Below are positions 9,189-18,480 of a stretch of 64,000 nt of DNA, piece after piece; the first letter of the stretch is position 1, and each line of letters starts with the position of its first letter. Position numbers and translations under genes: made by a program. The stretch lies in the sequence record OQ722176.1; one strand, 5' to 3'. The notes under the pieces were generated by a model. It did no database searches. It worked only from the letters and a program-made list of their open reading frames with translations, and was not told the origin of the DNA.

Positions 9189-10169
9189 ATGCACGCAGGT
9201 GTAATCGGTAAATTCAACAACTATCACCAAGGTCATTTTAAGCTGATCAAGTTCGCGCTGTCTCTAGCAGACAAAGTAACTGTTTTGCTTTGCACTGAAG
9301 ACAGCGATCCGATTCCAGTCGAAACTCGCATGAAATGGATGCATCAAGATTTCGGCAATCGCATTCGCATTAGTGTGATCTGTCCAAGCGACGAAGGTCT
9401 ATCGAACAAATCAGAATCTGATCGCGAAGTATCGAAGCAATGGGCAGCGTACATCGACGACAACTATCCAGAAATTGATGCGTTCGTTGGTTCAGAACAA
9501 TACATCAATTACTGTGCTGAGTACGGTAACTTTGATGGAATCATTTACGACGAAGCACGCGAGATCACACCTTGCTCAAGCACGTCGGTTCGCGAGAACA
9601 ATTCACACGAGTTCTACAGCCCGAGCGCACAGCAAGATCGAGTAACACGTATTGCATTCATCGGTCCCGAGTCGTGTGGTAAGTCATGGAACGCAGCATC
9701 AATCGCGGCTGCAAACGGTTATGAACTTGTGCTTGAAGCAGCACGCGACATCATGAGCGACAATCACTACACCGAGCACGACGTACTAGAGTTCGCGATT
9801 GCTCAAACTGCACGTATTGAAGCAACTGGCAAAGAAAGTGACACTGTAATCGTTGATTCTTCTGCCATTACGTCGGCTGTTTACAGTCACTTTCAGTTCA
9901 ATGAAACACCAACATTGCTGAAAGCACTAGCTGCATATGAAAGCATTGATGCGTATGTGCTGTTTCGCCCGAACTGTGAGTTTGTTCAAGACGGCACTCG
10001 TACTCAATCGCAAGGTGAACGAGAACTGTGGTTTGAAATCGCACGAGAACTCTTGATTAAAACCGGTAAGCCGTTTATGACTGTTCAGAAAGGTCAGAAT
10101 TGGGAAGAGCGTCTTCAAGAGACCGTTTGTCATATATCAATACTAAAAGAGAAAGTGAAATGTTCATAG
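9189..10169 (+). CDS. nadR: NadR-type bifunctional NMN adenylyltransferase / ribosylnicotinamide kinase (no HTH domain)
   Basis: GKFNNYHQGH (HxGH) N-domain; P-loop GPESCGKS; FVQDGTR motif. Confidence 0.9.
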   Translation: MHAGVIGKFNNYHQGHFKLIKFALSLADKVTVLLCTEDSDPIPVETRMKWMHQDFGNRIRISVICPSDEGLSNKSESDREVSKQWAAYIDDNYPEIDAFVGSEQYINYCAEYGNFDGIIYDEAREITPCSSTSVRENNSHEFYSPSAQQDRVTRIAFIGPESCGKSWNAASIAAANGYELVLEAARDIMSDNHYTEHDVLEFAIAQTARIEATGKESDTVIVDSSAITSAVYSHFQFNETPTLLKALAAYESIDAYVLFRPNCEFVQDGTRTQSQGERELWFEIARELLIKTGKPFMTVQKGQNWEERLQETVCHISILKEKVKCS

Positions 10170-10498
10170 TCTGGGGTATTAACTTAGCAATTGTTGTAAT
10201 TGCAATCGTAGTCACGCTGTTTTTAAAAGGCGCGTTCATGATGAACATCGAATGGGGTCACTATCTAGACCGTTTGCAGGGTTTCAAATACGGCGGGTTG
10301 TTTACTGAAGAGCAACGAGCGCATTTCGAAAAGAATTCGTACGATGATCTGCCATTCTGGTGTTTCACATTCATATGTTTTGATGTGGTAGTGCTCGGCG
10401 TGTTATTTCTACTCGGCAACTTTTTTCCAATCATCCCTGCTGCAATTCTATTGTTTGCAGTGATCAGAACAATAGTTATTAAGGTGAAGAAATGTTAA
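10160..10498 (+). CDS. Hypothetical membrane protein
   Basis: Three hydrophobic segments. Confidence 0.7.
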   Translation: MFIVWGINLAIVVIAIVVTLFLKGAFMMNIEWGHYLDRLQGFKYGGLFTEEQRAHFEKNSYDDLPFWCFTFICFDVVVLGVLFLLGNFFPIIPAAILLFAVIRTIVIKVKKC

Positions 10499-10851
10499 TG
10501 AAAACGATAGCATCAATTGTGATTCTGGCGTGGCTTATCAACTTGCTAATACCAGTTGTGCTATGCGCAGGTGGGTTTCTTGTGAACTTCATGTTCAGAA
10601 CTGAATTCCCGTTCGTTGAGTATGCAGACAAATACCAGTCGTTCAAGTGGAGTTGGCTGTTTGGCAATTACATGGAATCTGACGATCACGCGATAGCGTA
10701 TTTCATGCTTGACTTGATCTGCGGTACGGTTTTGATGCTAATCAGCCTATTCGTACTAGAGCAGAGCGCATTCGTATGGTTGTTAATTGCAACGCCATTC
10801 ATTGTTCGATTCCTCACGGGAGTCGGGAAGAAATACATAAAAAAAGGCTAG
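10492..10851 (+). CDS. Hypothetical membrane protein
   Basis: Three hydrophobic segments. Confidence 0.7.
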   Translation: MLMKTIASIVILAWLINLLIPVVLCAGGFLVNFMFRTEFPFVEYADKYQSFKWSWLFGNYMESDDHAIAYFMLDLICGTVLMLISLFVLEQSAFVWLLIATPFIVRFLTGVGKKYIKKG

Positions 10852-10864
10852 CGCAATGCTAGCC
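10839..10864 (-). terminator. Intrinsic terminator for the Ig-domain gene
   Basis: GGCTAGC-GCAAT-GCTAGCC preceded by A7, which is a U tail on the minus strand. Confidence 0.75.
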
Positions 10865-10871
10865 AGTTAGA

Positions 10872-11729
10872 TTAAGGTGTTGGGGTTACAGTCAATGTAG
10901 CTTCAGCACTTGTTGCGCTTCCAATCGTGTTAGTTACAACACAACGGTATACATTGCCGTCATCACCAAGCACAGTTGTTACAACTAGTGTATCTGAAGT
11001 CTCGCCACCAATATCACCAAAGCCAGAGCCAGTATCGACTTGCCATTGATAAGTTGGTGCTGGGTTTGCATCGGCTGCTACCGTGAATGTCGCGTCTTGC
11101 CCTTCTGTCACTGACTGATTCGATGGATCAGAAGTAATAGTTGGTGCAAAATGCACTGTCAACGTCGCGCTTGCACTTGTCACAGTCCCTTGGCTGTTCG
11201 TCCACACAACTTGATATGTGTTACCATCCATTTCTGGTGTAACAGATGTCAGCGTTAGAACGTCGTAAATTTCACCAGTCATGTCAAGTGTATTTTCTTG
11301 CCATTGTGCAGTAGGTTCAGGTAGACCAAATGCGTCTGAGAAGAAAATCGCGCTACTACCTGCAACGACTGTTAGATCTTCAGGGTCTAGAAGAACAACT
11401 GGTGCGGAAAGCTGTGCTACGTTAAGAGTGACAAAGAAAAAGCGACTGTTATGTGACTCGCGAACCAATAATGGCTGACCATCAATCACTAATGGATCGG
11501 CAGATGCGATCATTTCCAATACCCAATCAGGGGATTGTGGTGTGATGATTGTCTTGTCGAGATCATCAATTGCTTTTAATGCTTGTTGAACATTCACGTA
11601 TGGGTATTGAGCGTAATTGAAACGCGCAACTGACAGCGGGTATTTTGGAAAGCCGCTGTTTCGAATATCTGCTAGATCAGTGTCTAGAATGTAGAATTCG
11701 ATGTCATACGGGTAAATCGGGGTTGACAT
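10872..11729 (-). CDS. Virion decoration protein with two Ig-like (I-set) domains, Hoc-like
   Basis: Two repeats of P...TV..G..A.F...A...P.PT.QW...G....L.......DG..Y..V.TN..G..TS..ATLTV; late promoter upstream. Confidence 0.85.
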   Translation of the reverse strand: MSTPIYPYDIEFYILDTDLADIRNSGFPKYPLSVARFNYAQYPYVNVQQALKAIDDLDKTIITPQSPDWVLEMIASADPLVIDGQPLLVRESHNSRFFFVTLNVAQLSAPVVLLDPEDLTVVAGSSAIFFSDAFGLPEPTAQWQENTLDMTGEIYDVLTLTSVTPEMDGNTYQVVWTNSQGTVTSASATLTVHFAPTITSDPSNQSVTEGQDATFTVAADANPAPTYQWQVDTGSGFGDIGGETSDTLVVTTVLGDDGNVYRCVVTNTIGSATSAEATLTVTPTP

Positions 11730-11760
11730 ATCTTTCTCCTTGTTTTGATAAGATATATCG

Positions 11761-11768
11761 TATTTATA
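11761..11768 (-). promoter_or_regulatory. T4-type late promoter
   Basis: TATAAATA on minus strand, 32 nt before ATG; second copy at 11778-11785. Confidence 0.8.
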
Positions 11769-11769
11769 C

Positions 11770-11798
11770 TTGACAGCTATTTATAGCTCCTGTAGAAT
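11770..11798 (+). promoter_or_regulatory. Early promoter, back to back with the late promoter
   Basis: TTGACA-17-TAGAAT then TTTACATC. Confidence 0.8.
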
Positions 11799-11824
11799 GT
11801 TTACATCAACTAAGGAGAACTGAA

Positions 11825-12091
11825 ATGAGTTTAGAAAAATACACAGAGAACGATCTTCGCGAAGAACTAGCGCGACGTGAAGCTGAACGCGAATTACTTG
11901 GTAGTATCAAAGTCGTAATTGACAAAACACCAGTTCAAGAAATCGAATCAAAACTCGTGAAACTTGCACAATCTTATCTTGAAGACGAGCTTAACGAACG
12001 AGAACTCGATACGCAGTGGGCATACGAGCAGCTAATGCAACTCGTATATGGCAATGATGTGTTCGACAAGCTGAACAAACTACGTCGCTAA
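11825..12091 (+). CDS. Hypothetical protein
   Basis: AAGGAG RBS. Confidence 0.75.
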   Translation: MSLEKYTENDLREELARREAERELLGSIKVVIDKTPVQEIESKLVKLAQSYLEDELNERELDTQWAYEQLMQLVYGNDVFDKLNKLRR

Positions 12092-12115
12092 CAATCAATT
12101 TGAGAGAAATATATT

Positions 12116-12790
12116 ATGTTTGATCTACTGTTCAATATCAACCATACCGTGTTTTCAATCGGTACATATGCAGTCTCAGGTCTAGAACTTTGGGCTACAA
12201 TCACTGGTTTAGTTTGCGTAATCATGGCGCGAATGAACATGAAGCACAACTTCACCGTCGGCATTGTGAACTGTATCGGGTTTGCAATTCTGTTCTTCCA
12301 GATTCAGTTGTATAGCGACGTTCTCTTGCAGGGATTCTTCATTGCTATGTCGATATTCGGCTTCTATCAATGGAACAAGCAAGGTGAGAACGAAGTCAAG
12401 ATCAGATACTTGAAAATGCGAAAGTTCGTAGCTGCTCTTGTAACGACTTTGGTTGGTACTGCCGCACTCGCGTACTTCATCGACCCAATCATGCATTTCA
12501 GTGGGTCTCTGCTCGTGACAGACTATGTTCACGTGCCGGCTGAACTCGCTGTTCAGGATGCATTCACGACCGTTGCAAGCGTAATGGCATTCATGCTCAT
12601 GATTCAACGTAAAGTCGAAGCGTGGTGGTTCTGGTTAGCAGTAAACGTCGTGTGTATCGTGAATTACAGCACTCAAGGTGTGATTGTAGTCGCTGCTGAA
12701 TACTGTGTATTCTTAGCCAACGCAGCATACGCAATTTACGTATGGCACAAAGAAGGCATGAAAAACGAATACGAAGAGGTAAACTCATGA
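12116..12790 (+). CDS. pnuC: PnuC nicotinamide riboside transporter
   Basis: Multi-TM protein; LYSDVLLQGFFIAMSIFGFYQW, QDAFTTVASV.A..LM..RKVEAWWFW motifs. Confidence 0.92.
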   Translation: MFDLLFNINHTVFSIGTYAVSGLELWATITGLVCVIMARMNMKHNFTVGIVNCIGFAILFFQIQLYSDVLLQGFFIAMSIFGFYQWNKQGENEVKIRYLKMRKFVAALVTTLVGTAALAYFIDPIMHFSGSLLVTDYVHVPAELAVQDAFTTVASVMAFMLMIQRKVEAWWFWLAVNVVCIVNYSTQGVIVVAAEYCVFLANAAYAIYVWHKEGMKNEYEEVNS

Positions 12791-13035
12791 ACACATGGGA
12801 CGAAGTAAAAGACGCCGTAAATGGCGTCTTCAAAACAACCGGTGAATTTACAAAACGTTTCCCAGACACAGACGTTGTTGCAGTTGTCTTTGATAACGCA
12901 CTACCGCAAGCACTCGACAAAGCGTTACAGCTTGCATTCATTCACAATCTCGACCGTAATAGCGTTGATTGCCAAGTAATGCTTAACGGCTACGAGCAAT
13001 TGCGTACAAAAGGTTGGATTGGTGATGGCGTATAA
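12787..13035 (+). CDS. Hypothetical protein
   Basis: GAGG RBS; ATGA overlap. Confidence 0.7.
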   Translation: MNTWDEVKDAVNGVFKTTGEFTKRFPDTDVVAVVFDNALPQALDKALQLAFIHNLDRNSVDCQVMLNGYEQLRTKGWIGDGV

Positions 13036-13522
13036 GAAATTCAATTTACGTGAGAACTTCGAGCATAGTTCTCACGAAGAAATGCAATGTCTGCATTACG
13101 TATTTGATAAAGTCGAGCCGTATTGGCGTGATTGTAAAATGCTAACTGAAGAACAACGTTTCAGAATGGCTCAATGTCATGCAATGGCAGTGTCGCGCAC
13201 GTTGAAAAACGCAATTATCGACGGCAAACGTCATAAAATCATGACTCGCCTACGACAAGAAGAAGCTGATCGCATTTACAATGGCGATACATCTAGACTT
13301 TACTTGTATTACCCGCATCATCTTGTCGATGAAGAGTACCCGATTCATGCTGAATGGTGGGTTAGCTACTGCGATAAAGACATTGAGATCATCGAAATCG
13401 CTCTTCAGAAAAGCCGATACTCTGACGGTCGTTTTCTTAATCGTGACCGTTATCACCTCGAAACGATGATGAATGTCTTCGATGAAGTTCGTGAAAAACT
13501 CGAACGACGGTTTTTAATGTAA
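13025..13522 (+). CDS. Hypothetical protein
   Basis: Packed operon ORF. Confidence 0.7.
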   Translation: MAYKKFNLRENFEHSSHEEMQCLHYVFDKVEPYWRDCKMLTEEQRFRMAQCHAMAVSRTLKNAIIDGKRHKIMTRLRQEEADRIYNGDTSRLYLYYPHHLVDEEYPIHAEWWVSYCDKDIEIIEIALQKSRYSDGRFLNRDRYHLETMMNVFDEVREKLERRFLM

Positions 13523-13731
13523 TGCAAATAGACGAATCAAAGCTCGATGAGATACGAAGCAAGTTAAGGGACTTGAATAATCGCGAGAAAACATTACTCA
13601 TGGAAGAGATAATGCGCGATCTTAGCTTCTTTCACGGCAACCCTGATAAAAAGCGTGCGGCTCATTCTTATATGAAGATAGCACACGGCGGTAACTTCTA
13701 CTTTAAGGACTTGAAAAATGAGCGCACCTAG
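13522..13731 (+). CDS. Hypothetical protein
   Basis: TAATG overlap. Confidence 0.65.
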   Translation: MQIDESKLDEIRSKLRDLNNREKTLLMEEIMRDLSFFHGNPDKKRAAHSYMKIAHGGNFYFKDLKNERT

Positions 13732-13987
13732 TACTGCACATTTCTTTGCCGTTCATGAAAACGGTGAACGCGAACACTTAGGTCATATTTTCTGCAACTG
13801 CGGTTGGTTCTTTCATGAGCAACATTTCCTTGCAGATATTGCAGACGACATCGAACGCAGTGAGATTCTAAATGGCACAATGAAGAAAGGTGTCGATTGG
13901 GATTATGTAATCGCATACGGAATGGCATGGTCGAAAGATACTGTCATGAGTCATTTACCAGAACTAGCACCAAGACGAGGTGAGTAA
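13718..13987 (+). CDS. Hypothetical protein
   Basis: AAGGA RBS. Confidence 0.65.
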   Translation: MSAPSTAHFFAVHENGEREHLGHIFCNCGWFFHEQHFLADIADDIERSEILNGTMKKGVDWDYVIAYGMAWSKDTVMSHLPELAPRRGE

Positions 13988-14208
13988 TGTTTGACGCAAT
14001 TCACTTCATGATCATCAAATCACCATTAATCTTTACTCTACTGGCGATTATTAGCGGGTTCTTGGCATTCATGACCGCGGGCGCACTTGGCGACTTGCCA
14101 AGCAACGACGAAGACCGACCAACGATCATTAAAATCTGCATCGTGACATTTTTCACGTGTATCGGTATCGTGTACTTCGGTCAGTTCTATGAACCATCAT
14201 ACTTTTAA
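13987..14208 (+). CDS. Hypothetical membrane protein
   Basis: Two TM segments; TAATG overlap. Confidence 0.7.
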   Translation: MFDAIHFMIIKSPLIFTLLAIISGFLAFMTAGALGDLPSNDEDRPTIIKICIVTFFTCIGIVYFGQFYEPSYF

Positions 14209-14229
14209 GACGCTTCGGCGTCTTTTTTT
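14207..14229 (+). terminator. Intrinsic terminator with C(UUCG)G loop
   Basis: AAGACGC-TTCG-GCGTCTT plus T run. Confidence 0.9.
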
Positions 14230-14259
14230 CGGTTTATTGAAAATAATTGCAAAAAACGG

Positions 14260-14309
14260 TTGCATGAAATAGCGAATAGCCTTAATATAGCTACATCGAA
14301 ACGAGATAC
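14260..14309 (+). promoter_or_regulatory. Early promoter with conserved leader
   Basis: TTGCAT-17-TAATAT then AGCTACATCGAAACGAGATAC. Confidence 0.85.
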
Positions 14310-14322
14310 GAAAGAGAACATT

Positions 14323-14676
14323 ATGAGAACTTTTCTACGAGACAACGCAGTAACAAGCACAACTCACATCGAACTTGAAATCACAACCGAAGTACTAGGT
14401 TGGTTCAACAATGAATTCAACCAAGCTGACGGCTGGGTTATCGTTGCTCTTGATGAGTTCGAAAAAGCTTTTCTTGAGAATGCATCTATTGATCACTCAA
14501 ACGTGTACCGCGTAATGAATGATGACCGTACTAGCTTGTGCCGCATCAACGTAGAAAAAGAAACATATGCGTTTCTTGACAACGCTGAACTAATGGAAAC
14601 TGGCATGTACAAGTTTGAGCGTGCTTCAAAGTATCGCTCACTATACGCTGACTCTAAAAACGAACTATTCAAATAA
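14323..14676 (+). CDS. Hypothetical early protein
   Basis: AGAGAACATTATG start. Confidence 0.75.
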   Translation: MRTFLRDNAVTSTTHIELEITTEVLGWFNNEFNQADGWVIVALDEFEKAFLENASIDHSNVYRVMNDDRTSLCRINVEKETYAFLDNAELMETGMYKFERASKYRSLYADSKNELFK

Positions 14677-14686
14677 GGAAATTGAT

Positions 14687-14917
14687 ATGCTGAAATTAAC
14701 AGCGTTTGACATCGAACAAATTGTACAAGTCGGTATGCCGATTCGCGTACAGAACATTCGCACTGAACGAGTTTTCACAACTCACGTTGGGTTGATTCGC
14801 GGCACATGCGTTGCAGTATTCGAAGATGATGCCATTTATGTATTCTCTTCAGATAGTCGCAAAGACGATACTGAAATGTATCAACTAGCAGACAACGCAA
14901 CACTTACTTTTCACTAA
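14687..14917 (+). CDS. Hypothetical protein
   Basis: AAGGA RBS. Confidence 0.7.
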   Translation: MLKLTAFDIEQIVQVGMPIRVQNIRTERVFTTHVGLIRGTCVAVFEDDAIYVFSSDSRKDDTEMYQLADNATLTFH

Positions 14918-14928
14918 GAGGACACATC

Positions 14929-15168
14929 ATGTTTGGTATTTTTGATAGCGTAGTAGACAGCGTATCACGCACAGTAGACGACTTCATTGACGATCCAGTT
15001 GGTCAGACTGTGTATCACGCAACATCACCTATTCGCGACACAGTTGAGATCATCGACGGTCTAACTGAAGGCGAAATCAGAGGTATGGCGATTGCACGAC
15101 TAGGCGCAGATGTCGCGGCTGGCATGGCAATTTCAGAAATCATCGAAGTACTTGAGTTGGGAGAATAA
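14929..15168 (+). CDS. Hypothetical acidic protein
   Basis: GAGGA RBS. Confidence 0.7.
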   Translation: MFGIFDSVVDSVSRTVDDFIDDPVGQTVYHATSPIRDTVEIIDGLTEGEIRGMAIARLGADVAAGMAISEIIEVLELGE

Positions 15169-15170
15169 CA

Positions 15171-15443
15171 ATGACTGAAGCAAAGCAAACTATCTGGCTA
15201 CCACACGTAGTATTGACTTATCTTCATGCAAGTCTTGTTCTTCTAAACTTGTGGACTGCTTCGTCAATGTATGAGTCGTATGTACCAATGCTAATCGGTC
15301 TAATGCCGGGAATGAGTATCGGTATGAGTGTAGTGCTAGTCATGTTCATGTATGACAAGAACAAAGAAACGTTCTTTGGTGATATTAAAAAGCCATTTCA
15401 GGTTCTGATTGGTAAGCTCAAGCGTGGTAAGAAAGATGTCTAA
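15171..15443 (+). CDS. Hypothetical membrane protein
   Basis: Two TM segments. Confidence 0.7.
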   Translation: MTEAKQTIWLPHVVLTYLHASLVLLNLWTASSMYESYVPMLIGLMPGMSIGMSVVLVMFMYDKNKETFFGDIKKPFQVLIGKLKRGKKDV

Positions 15444-15606
15444 AGCAATATTCACGCTATTTCGAATAGTATCAATATATGCAGTGGGCGTAATGTCGCC
15501 TACTCTATACGCACACAACCCTATGATGCTTGTCGCACCTGCTATGGTTGTAATCGGATTCGGTGTTTCACTTATCTCAGATGTGGTATCAAATGAAAAA
15601 AATTAA
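15436..15606 (+). CDS. Small hypothetical membrane protein
   Basis: Two TM segments; overlaps neighbours. Confidence 0.55.
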   Translation: MSKAIFTLFRIVSIYAVGVMSPTLYAHNPMMLVAPAMVVIGFGVSLISDVVSNEKN

Positions 15607-16336
15607 AATAGACGCGAAAGTTGGTATGATGTCTCTGTGTGGTGTATCAGGTTCATTCCCATTCGCACACGGCAATTACTGTAGCAACACACAAGGCTAT
15701 TACTTTGTCAATCTATGGGCAGAGAATCTTCAACATCTAGTCTCTAACGGTTACTTGCCTGACGGGCAAATCGAAGTGCTATTGTTTAGAGACAATAAGC
15801 AACAAAACTATCGTTATGCCTACGTTATTGACGAGCGTGTGCCAAAAGAAGCAATTCACGCGCCATACTTCTGCGGTATTGCGACTTCCGTTGAGATCAT
15901 GCGCTATCACTATCAAACCCCAGACGATAAATGTCTATGCCATACTGAAGACCACAGAATTCTTAGTATGCGTTCGCAAGACAGTAAAGGTCGTTCAGTA
16001 CGCCATTGCCCTGAGTGTGACACTCGCTACACAATTCAGATGCCAAGGCGCGACGCTATCTTCCGTGTTCAGACGTTTACCGAGGACGGCTGGGGGCGCT
16101 GGAAGCTACTGTATCACACGGGTGGTGTTTTCTACACGATTCCCGAAAACGAGGTGTTCCCTGCCGAAGACATCATCAAGGTCGACGTAAACCCAGTGAA
16201 TGAATTCGGAACTGGTGACGACCAACAAGGCGCAATCTCGCTTGCTGACTTTAATTTCAACGGGGTTGTTGAGAAAGCCGTGCCACGTACCATCGAAGGC
16301 GCTCACGGCTCGGCAACTGAATACGTACCTGTATAG
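15593..16336 (+). CDS. Hypothetical protein with Cys motifs
   Basis: CLCH and CPEC zinc-ribbon-like pairs. Confidence 0.75.
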   Translation: MKKIKIDAKVGMMSLCGVSGSFPFAHGNYCSNTQGYYFVNLWAENLQHLVSNGYLPDGQIEVLLFRDNKQQNYRYAYVIDERVPKEAIHAPYFCGIATSVEIMRYHYQTPDDKCLCHTEDHRILSMRSQDSKGRSVRHCPECDTRYTIQMPRRDAIFRVQTFTEDGWGRWKLLYHTGGVFYTIPENEVFPAEDIIKVDVNPVNEFGTGDDQQGAISLADFNFNGVVEKAVPRTIEGAHGSATEYVPV

Positions 16337-16363
16337 AAATAGTACAAAAAAATCGGCGTTCCT

Positions 16364-16399
16364 GCGGAGCTGAGTGTCTGGCGACACTGTGCGCTCCGC
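16364..16399. other. GC-rich intergenic two-stem hairpin
   Basis: GCGGAGC/GCTCCGC outer stem and AGTGTC/GACACT inner stem, loop TGGC. Confidence 0.65.
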
Positions 16400-16417
16400 G
16401 TCTTGTAGGTAAAATAT

Positions 16418-16543
16418 ATGTTCACTCGACTTATTTCAAAATTTATTGTATGCAAGCATCTTGATAGAATAGAACATTCAGTTCACGGTATTGTGTTTTG
16501 GCAATGCCCTCATTGTGGCGAAGATAACTATCGAGATCGTTAA
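16418..16543 (+). CDS. Small zinc-binding hypothetical protein (41 aa)
   Basis: AGGT RBS; CKH...WQCPHCG. Confidence 0.5.
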   Translation: MFTRLISKFIVCKHLDRIEHSVHGIVFWQCPHCGEDNYRDR

Positions 16544-16553
16544 AGGTAAAATT

Positions 16554-16847
16554 ATGTTCACAACAAAGCAATTTGTTCAAATCGAGCACAACTATTCTCA
16601 TATTGATACTGTCAATCTTGAAGATCGCAAGGGCGTACCTCAGGCGAAATTCGTGATTGAAATCAACGCAGGAACATATTACAATCACAAAACAGACTCG
16701 ATGAAAGAGATAGATCCAGACCTAGTAGGCTATTGGATTCTATCAGACGCAATCGACCCATATTGGTACTCAGTTGACGAATGTTTAAAAGAGTACGAAT
16801 GGGAACGAGCACGAGAAATAACAATCACATCATGGGAAGCAATTTAA
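16554..16847 (+). CDS. Hypothetical protein
   Basis: AAAGG RBS. Confidence 0.7.
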   Translation: MFTTKQFVQIEHNYSHIDTVNLEDRKGVPQAKFVIEINAGTYYNHKTDSMKEIDPDLVGYWILSDAIDPYWYSVDECLKEYEWERAREITITSWEAI

Positions 16848-17218
16848 TGAGCACAAATTCAAGCATTAGCATTACAAACACCGACGGTACAATTCGTTCA
16901 ATCTACTGCCATTGGGATGGCGGTATGTGGGATGGTGGCGTAGCACAAACTCTAATCGAGTTCTATCGTACTGAGAACGAAGTCAACGCACTAATCGATC
17001 AAGGTAACTGTAGCTCACTTAGCGGTACGATTGAAGACAGTGTTTTCTATCACCGTGACCGTGGCGAAGAACTTGAGATCTACGCTGACGTGCAAGAACA
17101 AGAATACGACTACATGTTCCGCGACGGTAAGTGGTTTGTTACTTGCAATGAAACAACAAACACCGAAGTTGAACTTACCGAAGATCTTCGCGTTGAACTA
17201 GAAAACTACGAGTACTAA
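16847..17218 (+). CDS. Conserved phage hypothetical protein (SIYCHWDG family)
   Basis: MST.S.I...SIYCHWDG...E/QEYDYMF.DGKW pattern widespread in phages. Confidence 0.8.
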   Translation: MSTNSSISITNTDGTIRSIYCHWDGGMWDGGVAQTLIEFYRTENEVNALIDQGNCSSLSGTIEDSVFYHRDRGEELEIYADVQEQEYDYMFRDGKWFVTCNETTNTEVELTEDLRVELENYEY

Positions 17219-17219
17219 A

Positions 17220-17498
17220 ATGAAAACTACGTTCTTCAATGCGTCTGCTACTGAAATGCAATACAACTGGTTTCATGTGCCATTCGCGTACATCAATGTT
17301 AATCTAGGCAATAAGCAACTCGTCATTGCTGAAATTTCTCGCAATGCAAAACGAATCGCGTATGCACTGAGAAACAACATTACAGGTCGAGTTGGTATTG
17401 TTCGTTTCACTGCTGTTCTCGATGATCGCAAACGTGGGAAATATTTTGAATACAAAGGTAACAAAGTGTTCTTGAAAGATGTAGGTGTGGTTCTATGA
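17220..17498 (+). CDS. Hypothetical protein
   Basis: Packed ORF. Confidence 0.65.
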   Translation: MKTTFFNASATEMQYNWFHVPFAYINVNLGNKQLVIAEISRNAKRIAYALRNNITGRVGIVRFTAVLDDRKRGKYFEYKGNKVFLKDVGVVL

Positions 17499-17650
17499 AA
17501 ACACTGTTAATCGTGTTGGCATTCATTCTGATCGGCATTTGCGTAGGTCGAAAGCCAATCAAATGCGAAGTATGTGGGGCTGACGATGCATCAAGTGATG
17601 GTGTCGGTCTAATGCTTTGTGATAAGTGTCACGATAAAGGCAAAAAATAA
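17495..17650 (+). CDS. Small membrane-anchored zinc-finger protein (51 aa)
   Basis: TM then CEVC...LCDKC; ATGA overlap. Confidence 0.55.
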   Translation: MKTLLIVLAFILIGICVGRKPIKCEVCGADDASSDGVGLMLCDKCHDKGKK

Positions 17651-17654
17651 TCAA

Positions 17655-17711
17655 AAAAGGGTTGCATTGTGCAGCCCTTTTTCGTATCATAGCTACATCG
17701 AAACGAGATAC
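17655..17711 (+). promoter_or_regulatory. Fused terminator and early promoter
   Basis: AAAAGGGTTGC-ATTGT-GCAGCCCTTTT; -35 TTGCAT (17662), -10 TATCAT (17685); full leader motif. Confidence 0.85.
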
Positions 17712-17724
17712 GAAAGAGAACATT

Positions 17725-18015
17725 ATGATTACACTATCTACTAACCAAGAACAACTAGCTATCTTTGCGACTCTTGATTCAGCATTAAGCTCGCCAATCA
17801 TGAACTTCGTTCAAAAGAAGCATGTTTCTAGTTACACGTTGTACCATCTAGTAATGTCTCGTGAAGATGTTCTTGCTCTTGCAAATGCAGTAAAAGAAAG
17901 CGACTTTGACTTTGAAGATGAATGCGGTCTAATCTTCAACGAATCTATGTCAGAACTGCTTCTTGAAATCTACGAAGAAAACGACACTGACTGCGTTTAC
18001 GGTATTTCACTTTAA
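17725..18015 (+). CDS. Hypothetical early protein
   Basis: AGAGAACATTATG start. Confidence 0.75.
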   Translation: MITLSTNQEQLAIFATLDSALSSPIMNFVQKKHVSSYTLYHLVMSREDVLALANAVKESDFDFEDECGLIFNESMSELLLEIYEENDTDCVYGISL

Positions 18016-18480
18016 TTGGAGAAACTTATGATTAACCCACTATCACCTGTACTTTGGTCTTACACCGATGTTGAACGCGAAACTGGTCTTCGCATTTGGG
18101 AAGAAATGATTCACAATGTCGAAGGTACTGGCATTCGCTTGTACGCTGCAAAGTACAATCAATTTGTATTCGAAGCGATCCACCCTCGCGTGTCTCTTTA
18201 TGAACACTTCAATGTGCTTGATCCAGTTGACGCGACAATCAACTTTCATAGCAATAGCTACACGATTGTTATCATCACTGAAGATTCATTCGACGTGTTG
18301 TTCTCAGAGCGTGCAAGCGAACGTACAATCGCTGACGTTGAGAATCTAATCAATGAATGCTCAGTGACGTGGAACGAAGATCGTATATGCACACACGAAC
18401 AGCGTTACACAATCGAGTGGTGTAGTGATATTCAAGATTACATCATCAACACTGTTTCTTTCGACCGTAAGTGGAGCTAA
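18016..18480 (+). CDS. Hypothetical protein (likely start 18028)
   Basis: GGAG RBS before ATG 18028. Confidence 0.7.
   Translation: MEKLMINPLSPVLWSYTDVERETGLRIWEEMIHNVEGTGIRLYAAKYNQFVFEAIHPRVSLYEHFNVLDPVDATINFHSNSYTIVIITEDSFDVLFSERASERTIADVENLINECSVTWNEDRICTHEQRYTIEWCSDIQDYIINTVSFDRKWS

Noticed and set aside
16364-16399. tRNA gene
   Set aside because: Single extended hairpin; no cloverleaf, TTCGA T-loop context or CCA end. No tRNA was recognised anywhere in the window
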